Assembly: GCA_012026655.1 (NCBI GenBank)
Contig: JAAILG010001594.1
Span: 1-64,000, forward strand
Direction of reading: 5' to 3'
Length of the DNA stretch: 64,000 nucleotides
From: Hydrolagus affinis
Lineage: Eukaryota
Part shown: positions 36,505-49,845 of the stretch, piece by piece
Numbering within the stretch: the stretch's first letter is position 1
Layout: each line of letters opens with the position of its first letter
Made by a program: the position numbers and the translations under genes
Notes under the pieces: generated by a model
What the model was told of the DNA's origin: nothing
The model's input: the letters and a program-made list of their open reading frames with translations, nothing else
Databases searched by the model: none

Positions 36505-37884
36505 TTGAGTGTAAGTAAGAAGACTGTCCTCAAAGTGGCAAGCATTTGGTTTGTGATTAGGTGACTGATCACTTGTGCAGCTCTTATCAGATCTGTACAA
36601 AATAATAATAATAAATGCAAGTTGTATTAATATAATAAAGATGATTTAAAAATAATATCATTATTAATATTATCCAGGGAATGAATGGTTGCCCAGCTAA
36701 AGAGACTGAACCAAATTGCACATGTGCCCATATTTTTGTGAATTCAAATCTATTGTATTTTTCTCTGGCTGTGGGTGTGGGTCTGAGCTGTGTCAGGAGG
36801 GATTTGGGTTTGAAGGGTTAAAGGGATTGTTCCGACTCCCCTTGTTGATTGAGAGGCTTTTTTTTGCGGGATGTAAAATCCATCAGATTGAAGGGTTGAT
36901 CGAGCCACACTCTGCAATATAAAGCCTTACCCAAAGAGTAGGATTCACACATTTAACACAGACAGGAGTCAGGAAACCTGACTGAAATTGAAACCATTTA
37001 TTGTCAACCCCCCCCCACTCCTCCAGGACCTCTCTCCCTTTGTCACGACAGGCTTTAGGTGTTATGTTGGTATGATTTTCAAACAGGGAGGACCAGAACT
37101 TTTTAAAATATTAAAATCCCAGTGGGTCGGTTTCACAGCAATGGTCAGCTGTCTAGGGTTGGGAGGACAGAGGGGAAGGAACAGTGTTGGGAGAGAGAAC
37201 CAGAAAGGACAATGAATGAAGAAGACGTTTGCATTGAAGTGAGTGAGAGTGAGTTGGTGACTGATGCTTCTACAGGAGACACTGAACCCAATTTCACATG
37301 TGCCCATATCTTCTGTGAATAACATGTGCAGTATGTCTTTCTCTGGCAACTCGAGACTTGCAGACAATAAGTGGCCTCATCAGCTTCCTCCAACACTGGG
37401 TTGGACGCGCAAGCGCTCTGGGACGCTATATAAATGCAAGTTGTTGTTGTAGGATTGATCAGTGTGTTAGTTAGCACATGCTGTCAGTGCTGACTGGTGA
37501 CTTCCCCCCACCCCCGCCCCACCCTGTGGACACATTTCTCCCGGATTGAAAGTCTGGTCGAAAAGCTCTTTAACCCATTTTTTTTTGTTATCCTCTCGGT
37601 CACATCAGTAAAATGCTCACGAGTGCTCAGAGCTCTACTGATCCAATCTGCTGCTCAGAATAATTTCTAAGCCAAGCGGCGCCTTGATGTGAACAGTTCC
37701 AATCCTATAGTCGGGATTCAGTTTGTTAACATGTCTTTGAAATGCTTGAAGGGTGTGTGTGTACACTCCCTTTTAGGATTTCCATCTGTAACTCCAACAG
37801 CTATGATGGGGTATTTTTTCTCTCCAGTCAGCCTATGGTTGACACACAGGGAAATGTGATCATTAATCTTCAGGATAATAATAT

Positions 37885-38100
37885 AATAATAATAATAATC
37901 CTTGCATTTGATAAAGCGCTTTCCACATCTTATCAACGTCCCAAAGCGCTTCACAGAATATACTGTAAAGTGAATTGACTGTATATATTGTGGGCGAAAC
38001 GCGCCATCCAATTGCGCACAGCAGCGTCCCACAAAGTCATGGATTGAAATGACCGATTTTTATTATTGTGGTTTTTTTTGGGGGGAGGGATTATTGTTGC
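37885..38100 (-). mobile_element. tRNA-SINE, 5'-truncated
   Basis: Reverse complement of the family tail and body. Confidence 0.85.
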
Positions 38101-39251
38101 TTGCCTAAATGTGGACAGTATTAGGCAAAGGTTGGCACAAGCCAAGGTTTGAGGGACTCCAGAGTGTGTGTTCAGGTGCGACAAGAATTTAATCAGTTAA
38201 ACCTATATATCTTCCATTGATATCACTGCCTGGCTAGATTTCCCAACTGCTTGTCCAGCTAGCCCACCCTGCATGCCAAAGTTAGAGCTTTGGCTCGCAG
38301 GTTAACAGGAGCTGAGTAAGAGGATTTCCTGCCCCCCAGTGACTGATCTGCCCCTCCCAAGTCCTGCCAATGGCTGTGCTGCCATCAGCAGTGCCATGGA
38401 AGACTACAGACCTGCCTGGCTCAGCAACTGAGCCTCTGAGATTGCCACAGAGGATTGATTCCATAGTGACATTCCTTTGCCAAAGTTATCACCTTGGAGC
38501 CAGTTCAGATCAAAGGAGAGCCCACTTGCCTCCCTCCCAGGAGGCTTGGTGAGGATGGTGGGTCTGGTATCAGTATTGTGCGAAGCTTCCCCCACCCCAC
38601 TCTTTCAGTCACCGTAAAACTGTGTGGTGGGTTCACACTTAACTGCAGGACAGATGTCTCTTTGGGCCTCTCTCCATTGGTTTACGTTTCTTATTTCAGC
38701 TGTTAAAAAAAAACACTTGATTGCCCCAAATTAAATATTAAAGTTGGAAACTCACCCACTGACATTCAGGGTGGTGGCCAATTCATGGATGTGTCAAACT
38801 GTAAATCGCAAGATAATCCTTCTTTCTGTTCCTTAATTTTTTTTAAAAAAATTGGGTCACTCAATCCACATGGCTCTGTGAAGCACTTTGCTATGTCTCA
38901 ACGATGTGATAAGGTGCCATTTCAAATGCAAGGATTATCATTATTATTAATCTCGATTGCAATCACTTGAATCTGATGGTTTCTGGTTTTCTAGTTGTGT
39001 TCTTAGTAATAACATTCAATGTCATCCCCGTGTATCTGCACCAGTCGTGCCTTTCAATTTTCTTTTCTCCTCTGGCTATGCTCTGTGTATCCTCGTCCCC
39101 AGAGCAAATTATTGAATCATAGAGCGAAGGTGATGGGATTGTGTTGGATTTCAGAGTGAAAGTGCAATGCTGTGTGAAACTATGAGGTTGGGGGGAGAGC
39201 ATGGGACTGTTTCATATCCCCAAATACCTGGCTGCTGCCTCAGGTGTTCTT

Positions 39252-39339
39252 GAAGGAAGGAAGGAAGGAAGGAAGGAAGGGAGGGAGGGAGGGAGGGAGG
39301 GAGGGAGGGAAGGAAGGAAGGAAGGAAGGAAGGAAGGAA
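39252..39339. repeat. Compound (GGAA)n-(GGGA)8-(GGAA)7 microsatellite
   Basis: 88-nt pure purine tract read directly from the sequence. Confidence 0.95.
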
Positions 39340-41494
39340 CTATTCGATGAACAGCAGGTCTAATTCCAAGGTCATTCAGTCACCCATGGTGTTGGAATGG
39401 GAAGGGATTTTGAGAAATAAAGCTATGAGAGATTTGTGGAGTTGTGCAATTAACCCTTATGAAGATTATTGGAAAGATCCCCAATGGAATGGATGGTTCC
39501 TCAGAGAAAGTGGATTCTAATTCTGTTGTGTTCAAAAGACCGGCGCCAATGGTTGGTTATAAAACCACAACCACAATAATAAAAGCAGTTGAACGTCTTG
39601 TCGTGACTGTAGATGAAACAGGATTGTTGGCTTTAAGGGGACAGGGAATTGTCATGTATTTCACACTAGATTCACGTCAAGATTAAGAGTTATTATTCAT
39701 GGCGTGATCATGTTAATTTAGTCAGTTAAAGAAAATTGTCTACTAAAGGAAACAATGGATTCTGTCCATGTTTCTGAAGACTGAATGATTTGTGGAGGGT
39801 GGGGGGGGGGGGGGGGGTGGTTAACGATGGTTGTACTGTAATTGCATTCCACTCATTAAAATCCAAACGAGTATCGTTCCTGAATTATAAGAAGGTCCTC
39901 AAAGCCATTCAGATTCAGATGATAAATCCAAGAGGCGCGTCATGCAAATTAACCGATAAATTGAATGTTTACTCTAATGCATTCACTGTAGGATTGTCTT
40001 TAGGGCCTAATACACTAATGAGATTTCAACTGCACGCTGAAGCCATGAGTCCTTGCACAGAGGATTCTCAGCACCACTCTTAAAATGGTGGTGCGGGAGG
40101 ATTCCAGGGTTTCAGATACATTTACACTTCTTGCAATGTAGCGCCTCGGAGCGCTTATCACTGTGGAGCCTGGGTGGGTGGGGAGGTGAATCTAAACATG
40201 GTTGAAGAGGAAGGTCTGCAGGCGCAATCAGAAGATAGGGAAGCAGGGGGCAAGGCGGAGGGATTGAAGTATTATTCACTCAGTTACTGGGTATCATTTT
40301 ATGTAGGGCATCTTCGTTATTTCTTGACAACTCCACAGTATTACTAACTTATTACTAACTGTGGAATTGGTTGTCAGATGGCTCCCCAATGATTAGAGTT
40401 ATCATGTATCTCGGTTGGTTACATGATTGCATTGGAGGTCACGAGGATTGCCTCATGATAAATAGACGCTTAACTTCCGCATAGGGGTCCCTGTGGGAAC
40501 CTTACTTGGTCGCAGACTGCTTTTCTTGTCCTTCAAAGACCAGGCTGGGGTCAAAAATGTTGACCTTGGCTACTGATTGCAACCGTCCACTGGAGAGTCC
40601 CCACATCTAATGCATAAGAGGGAGTGTTTAATCATTGAAGGCAAAATTAGGCAGATTTGCTTAATGGGAGGCAAAATGGTATTTCTCAGAAGCCGAGACC
40701 ACGGCAATAACTGTGAAGCCTGACTCCGAACGCTGCCCTGCTATCACAACTAGGAGGCAAACTTTACAGTGGCGAAAATCGATCATCTTGCCGTGATCTA
40801 TACATCTAATCCACAGGGGGCAAGAATACAACACACACAACTATAGAACGGCAGGGTGGGGGATCATCAAGAATGGTTGGTTGCTTCAGTGTTCCATAGA
40901 ACCTCGACTGTTTGTTGTGTTGCCTTGCTGCAGTGCTTTGGAAGCCATTAAGGAAACCCATCTGTTGCTGTTGGGTTCAGTGTGCAGCAAGAGCGTTCAG
41001 CGCAAACGACTTGATAAGGGTGACCTGCTGGTTACCAAACAGCCGGCCAACACTGAGCAACGTGGAGCAGACTTTGCCAGCCAGTCACCGGCCAGGGGGA
41101 TTACCAGAATAATCCCATTGGATTTAAGGTTGATCTCCAGGTTTATACAGGGACACGTGGCTTCTTGCGATGGGATCACGGAGTCCTGTTTCACCTCTAA
41201 TAATCCGCAGATGATGGCTGTGGCGATGCTTTTCCCCTGCTTGTGGAACTCTCCCGCAGCCAGTTTTTGTACTGTAGCGGAACCCCTTTATAGTCGTTCA
41301 AACTTTAAACCATGCCACCACCGCTTTCTGAGCCACAGTTGCTGGAACACTTACAGTGTCTGTGATCTCTTATCCATTACCGCCTGAGCACCATTTGATC
41401 TTGAGCAACCACCAAGCATCATGTTTCTTAGCCCATCTGGCCTCAACAGAACTGTTCTGTCTGTAACCGCGTAATATACTTACTGCCCCATGCC

Positions 41495-41740
41495 TCCCTC
41501 CCCGCGCACGCAGGTTTGATAGAGGGGAAGGAGGAGACAGCAAGGTGGAGGGATTGGGGGTGAGAGTTCCGAAGCTTCTGGGAGCAGTGGCTGAAACCCG
41601 GACTGCCGCGGTGGAGTGGAAGGGACGAGGGACAAGCAGGCGGCCAGAGCCAGCGGGTAGTGGAGTGGGGAGTAAGCAGGTTGGGCAGGCAGGGAGGTGC
41701 CTGCGCACAAAGGGATTTGATGAGGAGAGGGTATCCTCCA
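41495..41740 (-). mobile_element. L2-clade LINE 3' fragment, degraded
   Basis: Resembles 44030-44360, with a frameshifted ORF2 C-terminus (GSGRLLVPRPFHSTA). Confidence 0.65.
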
Positions 41741-43467
41741 TTTTGCAAAGGACCGGAATGATATGAATCCCTCAGTTAATACAGAAAGAACAAAAAATAT
41801 TTTCTGACAGTTCATTCAATGCTAGTCTGTGGTTCAGAATGTCGGTTTGGATTTTGTGTGACCATCAAAGTCACTGGAGGAAAGCAAAAGGAAACTACAC
41901 TTGCTCCTGACTGACCGACACACCAATAGACTGATGAGATTGGCCAACACAAAGTATTACGAGAACAGAGATAAGCCTGTGGATCTTGTAGCTTATGCGT
42001 TAAGGCAGCTGGCAGTCGGCAATCACCTTGCTCCGCCTGCCAGATGCTTCACTGTCAATAGGCTCCTCAGTCATTAACCAGCTTCAATATTCCAGAGGTG
42101 AAGTAGAAGCAGAAGCAGCAATCGAGGAGAAAATGGCACAAGCAATTACATGGAAATAATCAATGGCTGCTTCTTAACTGGATGTTGTGAAGCAGGTCAG
42201 ATGCTATACAGTACTAGGTTTAATAGTCCTTAGTCCACCGGGATTGGTTAATTAGCAGGGTGTGGATGAATGTTTGGACTCTAGTGTTCACTGCCTGTCT
42301 ACATTAGATGTTATAATAAAGCCTGAAAATACAATTGCCCATGTGGAAGACTTTTTTTGGTAGAACCAACCAGGGGATGGATTCCTTGAAGTAATAAGTG
42401 GGAAGCAAAGTTTGAAATAAAACTGAAGAATATGGCTTTTTTTTTGTTATGCTTAGACTAATATTTCTCCTTGTTCATTCATTGTCATGGGACATTCCTG
42501 TACAAAGCATGGCTTTGGTACATAATTACAGTCACTACTCTTTTAATATACTGTACTATATCAAATGCTATAATAATAATGATAATCCTGGCATTTGATA
42601 TAGCACCTTGTCGTGTCTTCTTGATGTCTCAAAGCGCTTCACAGAATATACTGTAAAGCGAATTGACCATATATTAAACACTCCGAGTCACTGCCCTCCT
42701 TGAAAGGAGCTATATAAATGCAAGTTATTATTGTTATCCGAACTATTCAGCAATGTCTTACCATAACATGGTTGTTTGCCTATCCTTAACATGACAATAA
42801 ACAGTTTAAAACAAAACTGTTCACTATAAATAAACCTGAATCAATTTCCCAGCTGCTCCAGAAGTCATGGTGTGCGCAGTATAGTTGGGATTAGCTGTAA
42901 TAAACTGCATGATTAACCTCAAAATGGAACGGAAGTCAACGCACTCGTTTGAATTTATTCACAATATTCTCCGGATCGATCAGATTGCAAATGACACAAT
43001 GTGTATTCAGTGAAATCTCTCTCCCCGTACGCAAAACTAGCCGAGCGGGTCAATGGGTTTATGGTGACACGCGCTTTCTTAATTGTCTATTTTCGCTGGG
43101 GACTCATTGAAGTAATTAGGGAATTGAAGTAAACAGCAGTACCTGCACGCAATGTTCAGCACTACAGCTCCCTCACACGCTAATGGGAAATCAAACCTGG
43201 ATTGAACTAACCTGTCACCGTGTGCTTTTATCCCTTTGAGTACTAGGAGACCATTCGGCTTTTGAGCTACACAGATTTGTATTTTACAAACATCCGCAAA
43301 ATCAACGATGTGGGAGTGTCCAAAGGGCCAATGTTGTGAAGTGGAAATTAACAAGCCTGGAATTTCTGAATGTGTAGTATTCAGTGGAGTGGGGCAGTGC
43401 TGCGTAATCTAATGTAATGATCACTAGTTTATATCTATATGTTCCTCGCACTCTGTTCCTTTACCTC

Positions 43468-43860
43468 AGGTGTCAGCCTTGCTAAATACTCTTACCCTGA
43501 GTCAGAGGTGGTTTAGACCCCTCACCGTGGCTTTGAACTCGCATGATTAATGCTCAAATCCAGTGCTGGGCTATGCAGTGTTGTGCCTTGGATGAGACAT
43601 TAAAACAGAGGTCTTGTTCAAAAGGATGTTAAAGATCCCACAGTACTATTCAATTAGAGGAGGGAGTTTCTCCCTGTATCCTGGCCAACAATTCCCCAAT
43701 AACATTGGTCATTCGCTTTCTGACTGTTTTGGGGGCAATGTGTACAAATCGGCTGCTGCGTTTTTTACTGCAAAATACCGCAGCCGTGACACTGTGAAGC
43801 GCTTTGAGTCATCGTCCTGATGTGAAAGGCGCTATGTCAAGTGCAAGGATTCTTCTTCTT
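43468..43860 (+). mobile_element. SacSINE1/DeuSINE-like SINE
   Basis: GGATGAGACATTAAAACAGAGG...GGATGTTAAAGATCCCA...TCCTGGCCAACA, then GTGAAAGGCGCTATGTCAAGTGCAAG with a (TTC)n tail. Confidence 0.78.
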
Positions 43861-43943
43861 TTTTGTCTTGGAATTGTCTTGGAATTCTACTGTGTGGTAT
43901 GACCAATGATGGCTTACTTTTTATATCCCTCAGCACAATAAAT

Positions 43944-44366
43944 CAACGACAACAGCAACAAAATCACATTTATAGAGCGCTTTTCACATCGGGAGGATGT
44001 CCCAAGGCGCTGAACAGGTCAAGACCCGAGCAAGGGGGAGGGGCAGGGAGGGGGAAGGGGAGGGAGGGAGTTAGGCGGGGAGGGAGAGTTGGGAGGGCAG
44101 CAGAAGACACGATCGGAGAGAAGGGTCTTGAGACCGGCCTTGAAGAAGGCAAGCGAGGAAGCAAGGAGAGGGGACTGAGGGATGGAGTTCCATGGCGTGG
44201 GGGCAGAGAGACTGAAAACCCGTCCGCCGATGGTAGGGTGGGTCGTGTGGGGGAAATGGAACAGACCAGAGCCCGCCGAATGGAGGGGGCGGGCAGGTTC
44301 ATAGGGGGACAGCAGGTTGGAGAGATAGGAGGGGGCAAGGCCATGAATGACCTTGAAAGTGAGGTT
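43944..44366 (-). mobile_element. L2-clade LINE 3' fragment
   Basis: Minus-strand ORF LTFKVIHGLAPSYLSNLLSPYEPARPLHSA...GGRVFSLSAPTPWNSIP...FKAGLKTLL is the classic L2 ORF2 C-terminus. It is followed by a C-rich 3' UTR and a (TTG)n-like tail. Confidence 0.9.
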
Positions 44367-45394
44367 AAAAAAAAGGGAAAATTTAGAAAATACTGTAAAT
44401 ACATATATGAATGATAAATACATGCAGTAATCTGATATATTATTATATTATATTGGGTTCCCCACTGTGTTGCAATGTGCAAAAATCTAAATTTCACTGT
44501 CCATTATCTGATAGCAGAAAAAATTGTTCTGAACCAGTTTTCTTATGTGCATTACGGCTCAAAACTAATCCATCACACCTCTGGATGACTGTAGTTTACA
44601 GAACCAGTGAGTTGGGTCATGGTGATGCAAAGCATAGCACTTTATATAGCACCTTTCATGCAGCGAAACATCACAAAGATTTCATGTACAGTTCCCTATT
44701 GTATAGAGATCTGAGAGGTAATAATACAACATGTAGGTCTATCCATTCTACAACCCCAAATCATTTGCTAGATGTCTGCTTTGCCCTCCTTCCCAGCTCC
44801 TGATCACTTAGTCTTGCCGCCTTTGTGAATCTGAAGCATTGCTCTGGTTTTCTGTTCTGAATCCCATTTAGCCTCTTCTATACCTCTACACAATGTTCCC
44901 TTCTGAGCTGTCACTTTTCTTCACTGAACAAACAGCCTTAGCTTATCCAATAGTTGCTCATAGGCCATCCCTCTTAACTCTTGCTAAATGAGCTCTCAGC
45001 CCAAATTATCAATCAAAAAATATCACAGAGTAACATGATTGAAGTGCGTGAGTGGATGCTGCAATTAATTTAGAGATGAAAATACTTTCTTTTCATTATA
45101 ACCAGACATCATACATCTGCTTTTTACAAGGGTTTGTGTGCAGTTCACTGCCAATAACAAGCTCACAATTTATTAAAGAGGCAAAAGTCCAAGCTGACAT
45201 CTGTGTTGTTTTTTTAAATCAATAATAATAATAATCCTGGCATTTGATATAGCACCTTATCACGTTGTTGAGACGTCTCTAAGCACTTCACATAATAAAT
45301 ATACCGTAAAGTAAATTGACTGTGTATTTTGTGGGTGAAACAGGGCAGCTAATGGTGCACAGTTTTACTAATCTTAACTTCAATCATAATCATG

Positions 45395-45710
45395 ATAATA
45401 ATCCTTGCATTTTGATATAGTGCTTTTTCACATCCTATCGACGTCTCAAAGCGCTTCACAGAATGTACTGTAAAGTGAATTGACTGTATATTTGTGGGTG
45501 AAACGCGGCAGCCAATTGCGCACAGCAGTGTCCTACAAACAGTCATGGATTGAAATGACCAATTTTCATTACAGTATTGTGTTTTTTTTTGGAGAGATTA
45601 TTATTAGGCGTAAGGAAACTTGCCAAGGGTTTCACCCTGATCCGCCTGGATTCAAAGACAGGTCTCACACTTGTAAGGCGAGTGCTCTAACCACTGAGCT
45701 ACAGGAGCTT
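45395..45710 (-). mobile_element. tRNA-SINE, near full length (a second partial copy lies at 45221-45360)
   Basis: Reverse complement of the dominant SINE with its A box. Confidence 0.88.
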
Positions 45711-46164
45711 CATAAAGCTGGGGCTTGATAAAGTGTTGTGTTTACTATTGTGACGGACTGCTTTATTGTGACATTTGTCAACTATAAATGTAGCCGAACC
45801 AGGTCTGTCAAACTCCAAGAACCTTACTCTGGATCTTAAGCAACGTCCAAAACACAGAATCCAAGAAATATGCAGTATTTCAAACGTGATAAAAACTGAT
45901 TTGAACAAGGCCGGGTTAGTGTTACATCGGCTTTATTGAACCCGAGTTCCGAGTATCGTAAGGGGGTTTTTGATCTTCACTGAAACCTCTTTTGAATGCG
46001 CCGGAAAAACAAACTTTAAGAAAGGAAACCCAGAGAACTAGTCTTTTGAGATTCACAAAGGCAGGGTGGCTAAGTGATCGGGAGCCAGTAGGAAGAAAAA
46101 GAGAGAAGCAGACATCCGCACGTTGCGGGTACTGTACTAAAAGCTTTTTTGCTTTCATTTCCAG

Positions 46165-46315
46165 CTTTTGTCTTCAACCCGGCTGCAGCTGCTGACAAGA
46201 AATGCAACCACATTTACAAGGGGTTTGCAGAGTGCCTGCTCAAGCTGGGAGAAAGCCTGAACCGAAACATGGAGGAGGAAGGAGAAGAGGTGAAGGAGCT
46301 GGACACGGTGTGTCG
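46165..46315 (+). CDS. NRN1L: Neuritin 1-like exon 2
   Basis: ttttgctttcatttccag acceptor and CG|gtgag donor. Encodes KCNHIYKGFAECLLKLGESL...ELDTVCR, the neuritin family pattern C..IY.GFAECL..LG.S...L.TVC. Confidence 0.93.
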
Positions 46316-46359
46316 GTGAGTTCATTGTCTCCTCTTGGTGATAATAATTAGAAGAAAAA

Positions 46360-46710
46360 TAATCGTTGGATTTGCTACAGTGCCTTATCACTTCTTCGAG
46401 ACGTCTCAGAGCGCGTCACGGGATATACTGTCAAGTGAATTGCCGGTATATTTTCTCGCCAAAACGTGGCAGCCAATTGCGCGCAGCAATGTCCCACAAA
46501 CACTCGTGGATTGAAGTGACCAATTTATTATTATTTTTATTTTTTGAAGGAATTATTACCCCCGGGAAAGCGATCCGCCAATCAACTAACATGTGGGTTT
46601 CTACTTATTGGTAAACAGAGGCTTGTGGAATAGGGAAACTTGCCCAACAGTTTGCCCTGCCGGGAATCAGACCCCAGTCTCTCGCTTGCGCCGTAACCAC
46701 TGAGCTACTC
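46360..46710 (-). mobile_element. tRNA-SINE, longer subfamily
   Basis: Same tail and body, plus an extra ~70-nt internal segment (CCCCGGGAAAGCGATCCGCCAATC...GGTAAACAGAG) shared with the copy at 48506-48890. Confidence 0.82.
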
Positions 46711-48061
46711 TGATTAGCTTTTTCCATATGTGTTCACTGACAGTTTGGCAGAGCGAGGATTCAGGGTAGGGCTACAAGGAAGACAATGAGCTGTATGTGG
46801 GGCATTGCTGCGAGTAAATTGGCTGCTGCATTTGCCTGCAAAGCACACAGTGAATGAATCCTGCGAAGCGCTTTGAGAGCTCATCCAGATGGGGAAGGCA
46901 ATCAACACGTCTCAAGGAGACCTTTACCTGCAATAAAGAAGAAAGTAGATTTGAGAGTAATTGCTGTGAAGTGCTCAGAAACATTTCAATGTTATAGCAC
47001 TATTAAAATTCTTTCTTCTCTCTTAACTGTGAGATAACAATGGCTGATTTGTTGCTGTTTTGGCCTTGTCCAAGTCTCTTGGGAGTCAATGGACTTGGGT
47101 GTTAAGTTTTCACAGAAAGATGTGGGCTCGAACCAGCCCAGACTGCTATCTGCTTATCTAGCAGTAAGTAAGAACCCGGTTGTTAGTCGATTGGCAGATC
47201 GCTTTCCGCTTTTAAAATATGTGGTCACTCAATCCACGACTGTTTGGGGGGGATACACAATTGGCTGCCGTGTTTGGCCCACAAAATACACAGTCAATCC
47301 ACTTTACAATACATTCTGTGAAGCGCTTTGAGACGTCTCAGTGACGTGATAAGGTGGAATATCAAATGCAAGGATTATTACCGTCGTCTGCTTCCTGCAC
47401 CAATGTCGGTACAATTTCCAGTTTAAGGCTTGAGAAGCCTTGGGTACAACAAAGGAAGTTCCTTGCCCTTTGTACTGATTCAACCAAAATCTCTCGCGCC
47501 TTAAAATGTGACTTTAAATCTAAAGTATCAGGAAAGGCATTAAAAGCAAATTGATTTTCAGTCGTCGCAGGTTTTTAGCAGTGACTATGATTGTTGAGAC
47601 CGCAGGGAAAGGTCATACAGGATTATGCTCAGTAATTCGCTATTAATTTATGATAAGATCTTAGAAACGGAAAGGTTCCTTTTGACCTGGAGTCCCAGAT
47701 CCCAAATAAGACATTTCATAATTCAGACTTTTTCATGCGACTCATTGCCCAGGACACCACGAGAAACTCTTTTCTCCTTTCAAAGTACCATCAAAGTCTC
47801 TAACAACCACTCGGACAGGTAGAGTGCGCAGAGCGGCACTCCCCCCCCACCCCCATCCACCCAAAATGCACTGGAGTGTCAGCATAGACAATAAAGGTTC
47901 CGGGACCCGAAAGTGGGTTTTGAACCGTAGATGAGAGCGCTTCCAACTGAGCCACTTGTGTTGTTGTGGTGTATTTGGCTGGTGGCAGGAATATTGGTCG
48001 CGACGTAGATATCTGATTCCAGAACGTGTCAACAAACGACCCTCACTCGTTTTTCCCGCAG

Positions 48062-48341
48062 ATCCTGGGACGACTTCCACTTGTGCGCTGACTCGGTCCT
48101 GGAAGGTTGTCCCGACGAGGCGGCTTCCATCTGGGAATCGCTGAGAAAGGAATCCAAGAAGTTGAAGTTCGAGGGAAACTTGCACGAGCTGTGCAGCTCG
48201 AGGGCCAGGCTGTCGGGCACCATGCAGGAGCTGGACCGAGACGAGTCCAACAAGCAGAGCTTGATGGGCTCCTCCGACTCTCTGTGGTGCGGTCTCACCA
48301 CCCCCGTCCTGTCCATCGCCATGCTGATGGTCAACCTGTAA
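48062..48341 (+). CDS. NRN1L: Neuritin 1-like exon 3 (with GPI-anchor-type hydrophobic C-terminus)
   Basis: SWDDFHLCADSVLEGCPDEAASIWESLRKES...GNLHELC is the neuritin motif, followed by a hydrophobic tail and TAA. Position next to EDC4, as in human, favours NRN1L over NRN1. Confidence 0.93.
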
Positions 48342-48505
48342 AGACCTGTAGAGAACAATGCCCTGCGGGTCCGTTCCCCGCCCCCCACCCCGCCCCCTCT
48401 TCCCTCTTCATCGACCGCTTGCAAACAAGAATGGAGCTCTGGGCCCCACCCCAGCTCTGGGCCCCAGCCCTGCGTTCCAGCTGCTTTTTGGTTCTCTGTG
48501 AATGT

Positions 48506-48890
48506 TAATAATAATAATAGCCCTTGCATTTGGTACAGCGCCCTATCACATCTTCGAGACGTCTCAAAGCGCTTCACAGAATACACCGTAAAGTGAATCG
48601 ACTGTATATTTTGCGGGTGAAACACAGCAGCCAGTTACGAACATCAGTGTCCCACAAACAGTCATGGGTTGAAGTGACCAATTTATTATTATTGTTTGGG
48701 GGCGGGGGGGTGGTGGGGTGGTAGGGGGAAGGAATTATTACCCCCAGAAAAGCAATCCACCAATTGAAAGTAGGGTTCCTACTTACTACCAGGTAAATAG
48801 AGATGTGTGTAGTAAGGAAACTTGCGCAACATTTTGCCCTGCCCAGGTTTCAAGCGAGGTGACTGCTCTTAACCACTCAACTACACGACT
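48506..48890 (-). mobile_element. tRNA-SINE, longer subfamily, about 165 nt after the NRN1L stop
   Basis: Reverse-complement tail and body plus the extra internal segment. Confidence 0.85.
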
Positions 48891-49560
48891 TCACATCTTT
48901 TGTTTAGATGCTGCCATTTTCTTTTTCTGTTCAGGATGATTTATTTTAGTCTTGTGTCCGAATCCAGTCGACCACTGACACGAATTTCCACATGTAATTT
49001 CTCTCCCAGTGTGTGCAGAGCTGAAACGTCTTATTGATTCAGTACTTAGTGATAAAGCAATGGTAGGGATATAGCGCTCTTAGCTGTCTGATGAAACAGA
49101 CACATGCACACTTCCTCTTTAAACCCATCAAAAGAAGGTACTGATAAGGTAGTGGAACCGCACAGGCAATCTGGCTTCAGTGTTTTTTGAATGAAGTGCG
49201 TGGTTTTGATGGCGTGAACCTATAACTTCTGAGCAAATGGAGCATCGATATGTAATTAAATGTCAAGCTTTACACTCGGATGTGTGCCGTACACACTGGG
49301 TGAAATCTGAGCCATTCACACAAGCAGAGGAATGTTAAACAGTACTGGGAGCGAACGGGCGAGTCAGATGAGATTTAGGTGGTTCAAGTGGACACAATGG
49401 TCTGTTTGTGCGCTGTAATATTCCATGTCTCTGACTGGGCTGGTGCTGGACTCCTGTCCATGCAAACTGTAGACTAATCAGTAAGTGGATACTAGAGAGA
49501 TACCACCTGAGTGTGCCTGTCATACCTCGCTTGGGAACTGAGACCGTACAGGAGTGTGTT

Positions 49561-49845
49561 TATAATAATAATTATTATAATCCTTGCATTTGATATAGTG
49601 CTTTTCATGTCTTCTAGACGTCTCAAAGTGCTTTACAGAATATAGTGTAAAGTGGATTGACTGTATATTTATGAGCGAAATGTGGCAGCCAATTGCACAC
49701 AGCAGTGTCCCACAAACAGTCATAGGTTGAAATGACCAAATTATTTTTCATTTTGAGGGATTATTATCAGGCGTGTGGAGTAAGGAAACTTGCCCAAGGT
49801 TTCACCCTGCTTGGAATTGAACCTGGGTCTCTTGCTTACAAAGTG
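49561..49845 (-). mobile_element. tRNA-SINE
   Basis: Reverse complement of the dominant SINE. Confidence 0.87.

Noticed and set aside
40881-41387. 168-aa ORF in NRN1L intron 1
   Set aside because: It has a non-ATG start, no recognisable domain and no supporting splice structure.
43863-44497. Long overlapping ORFs (183, 175 and 134 aa)
   Set aside because: They derive from a GC-rich L2 3' fragment and are not host genes.
47742-48625. Antisense and alternative-frame ORFs of 147, 198 and 133 aa
   Set aside because: They are shadows of GC-rich NRN1L exon 3 plus SINE sequence.
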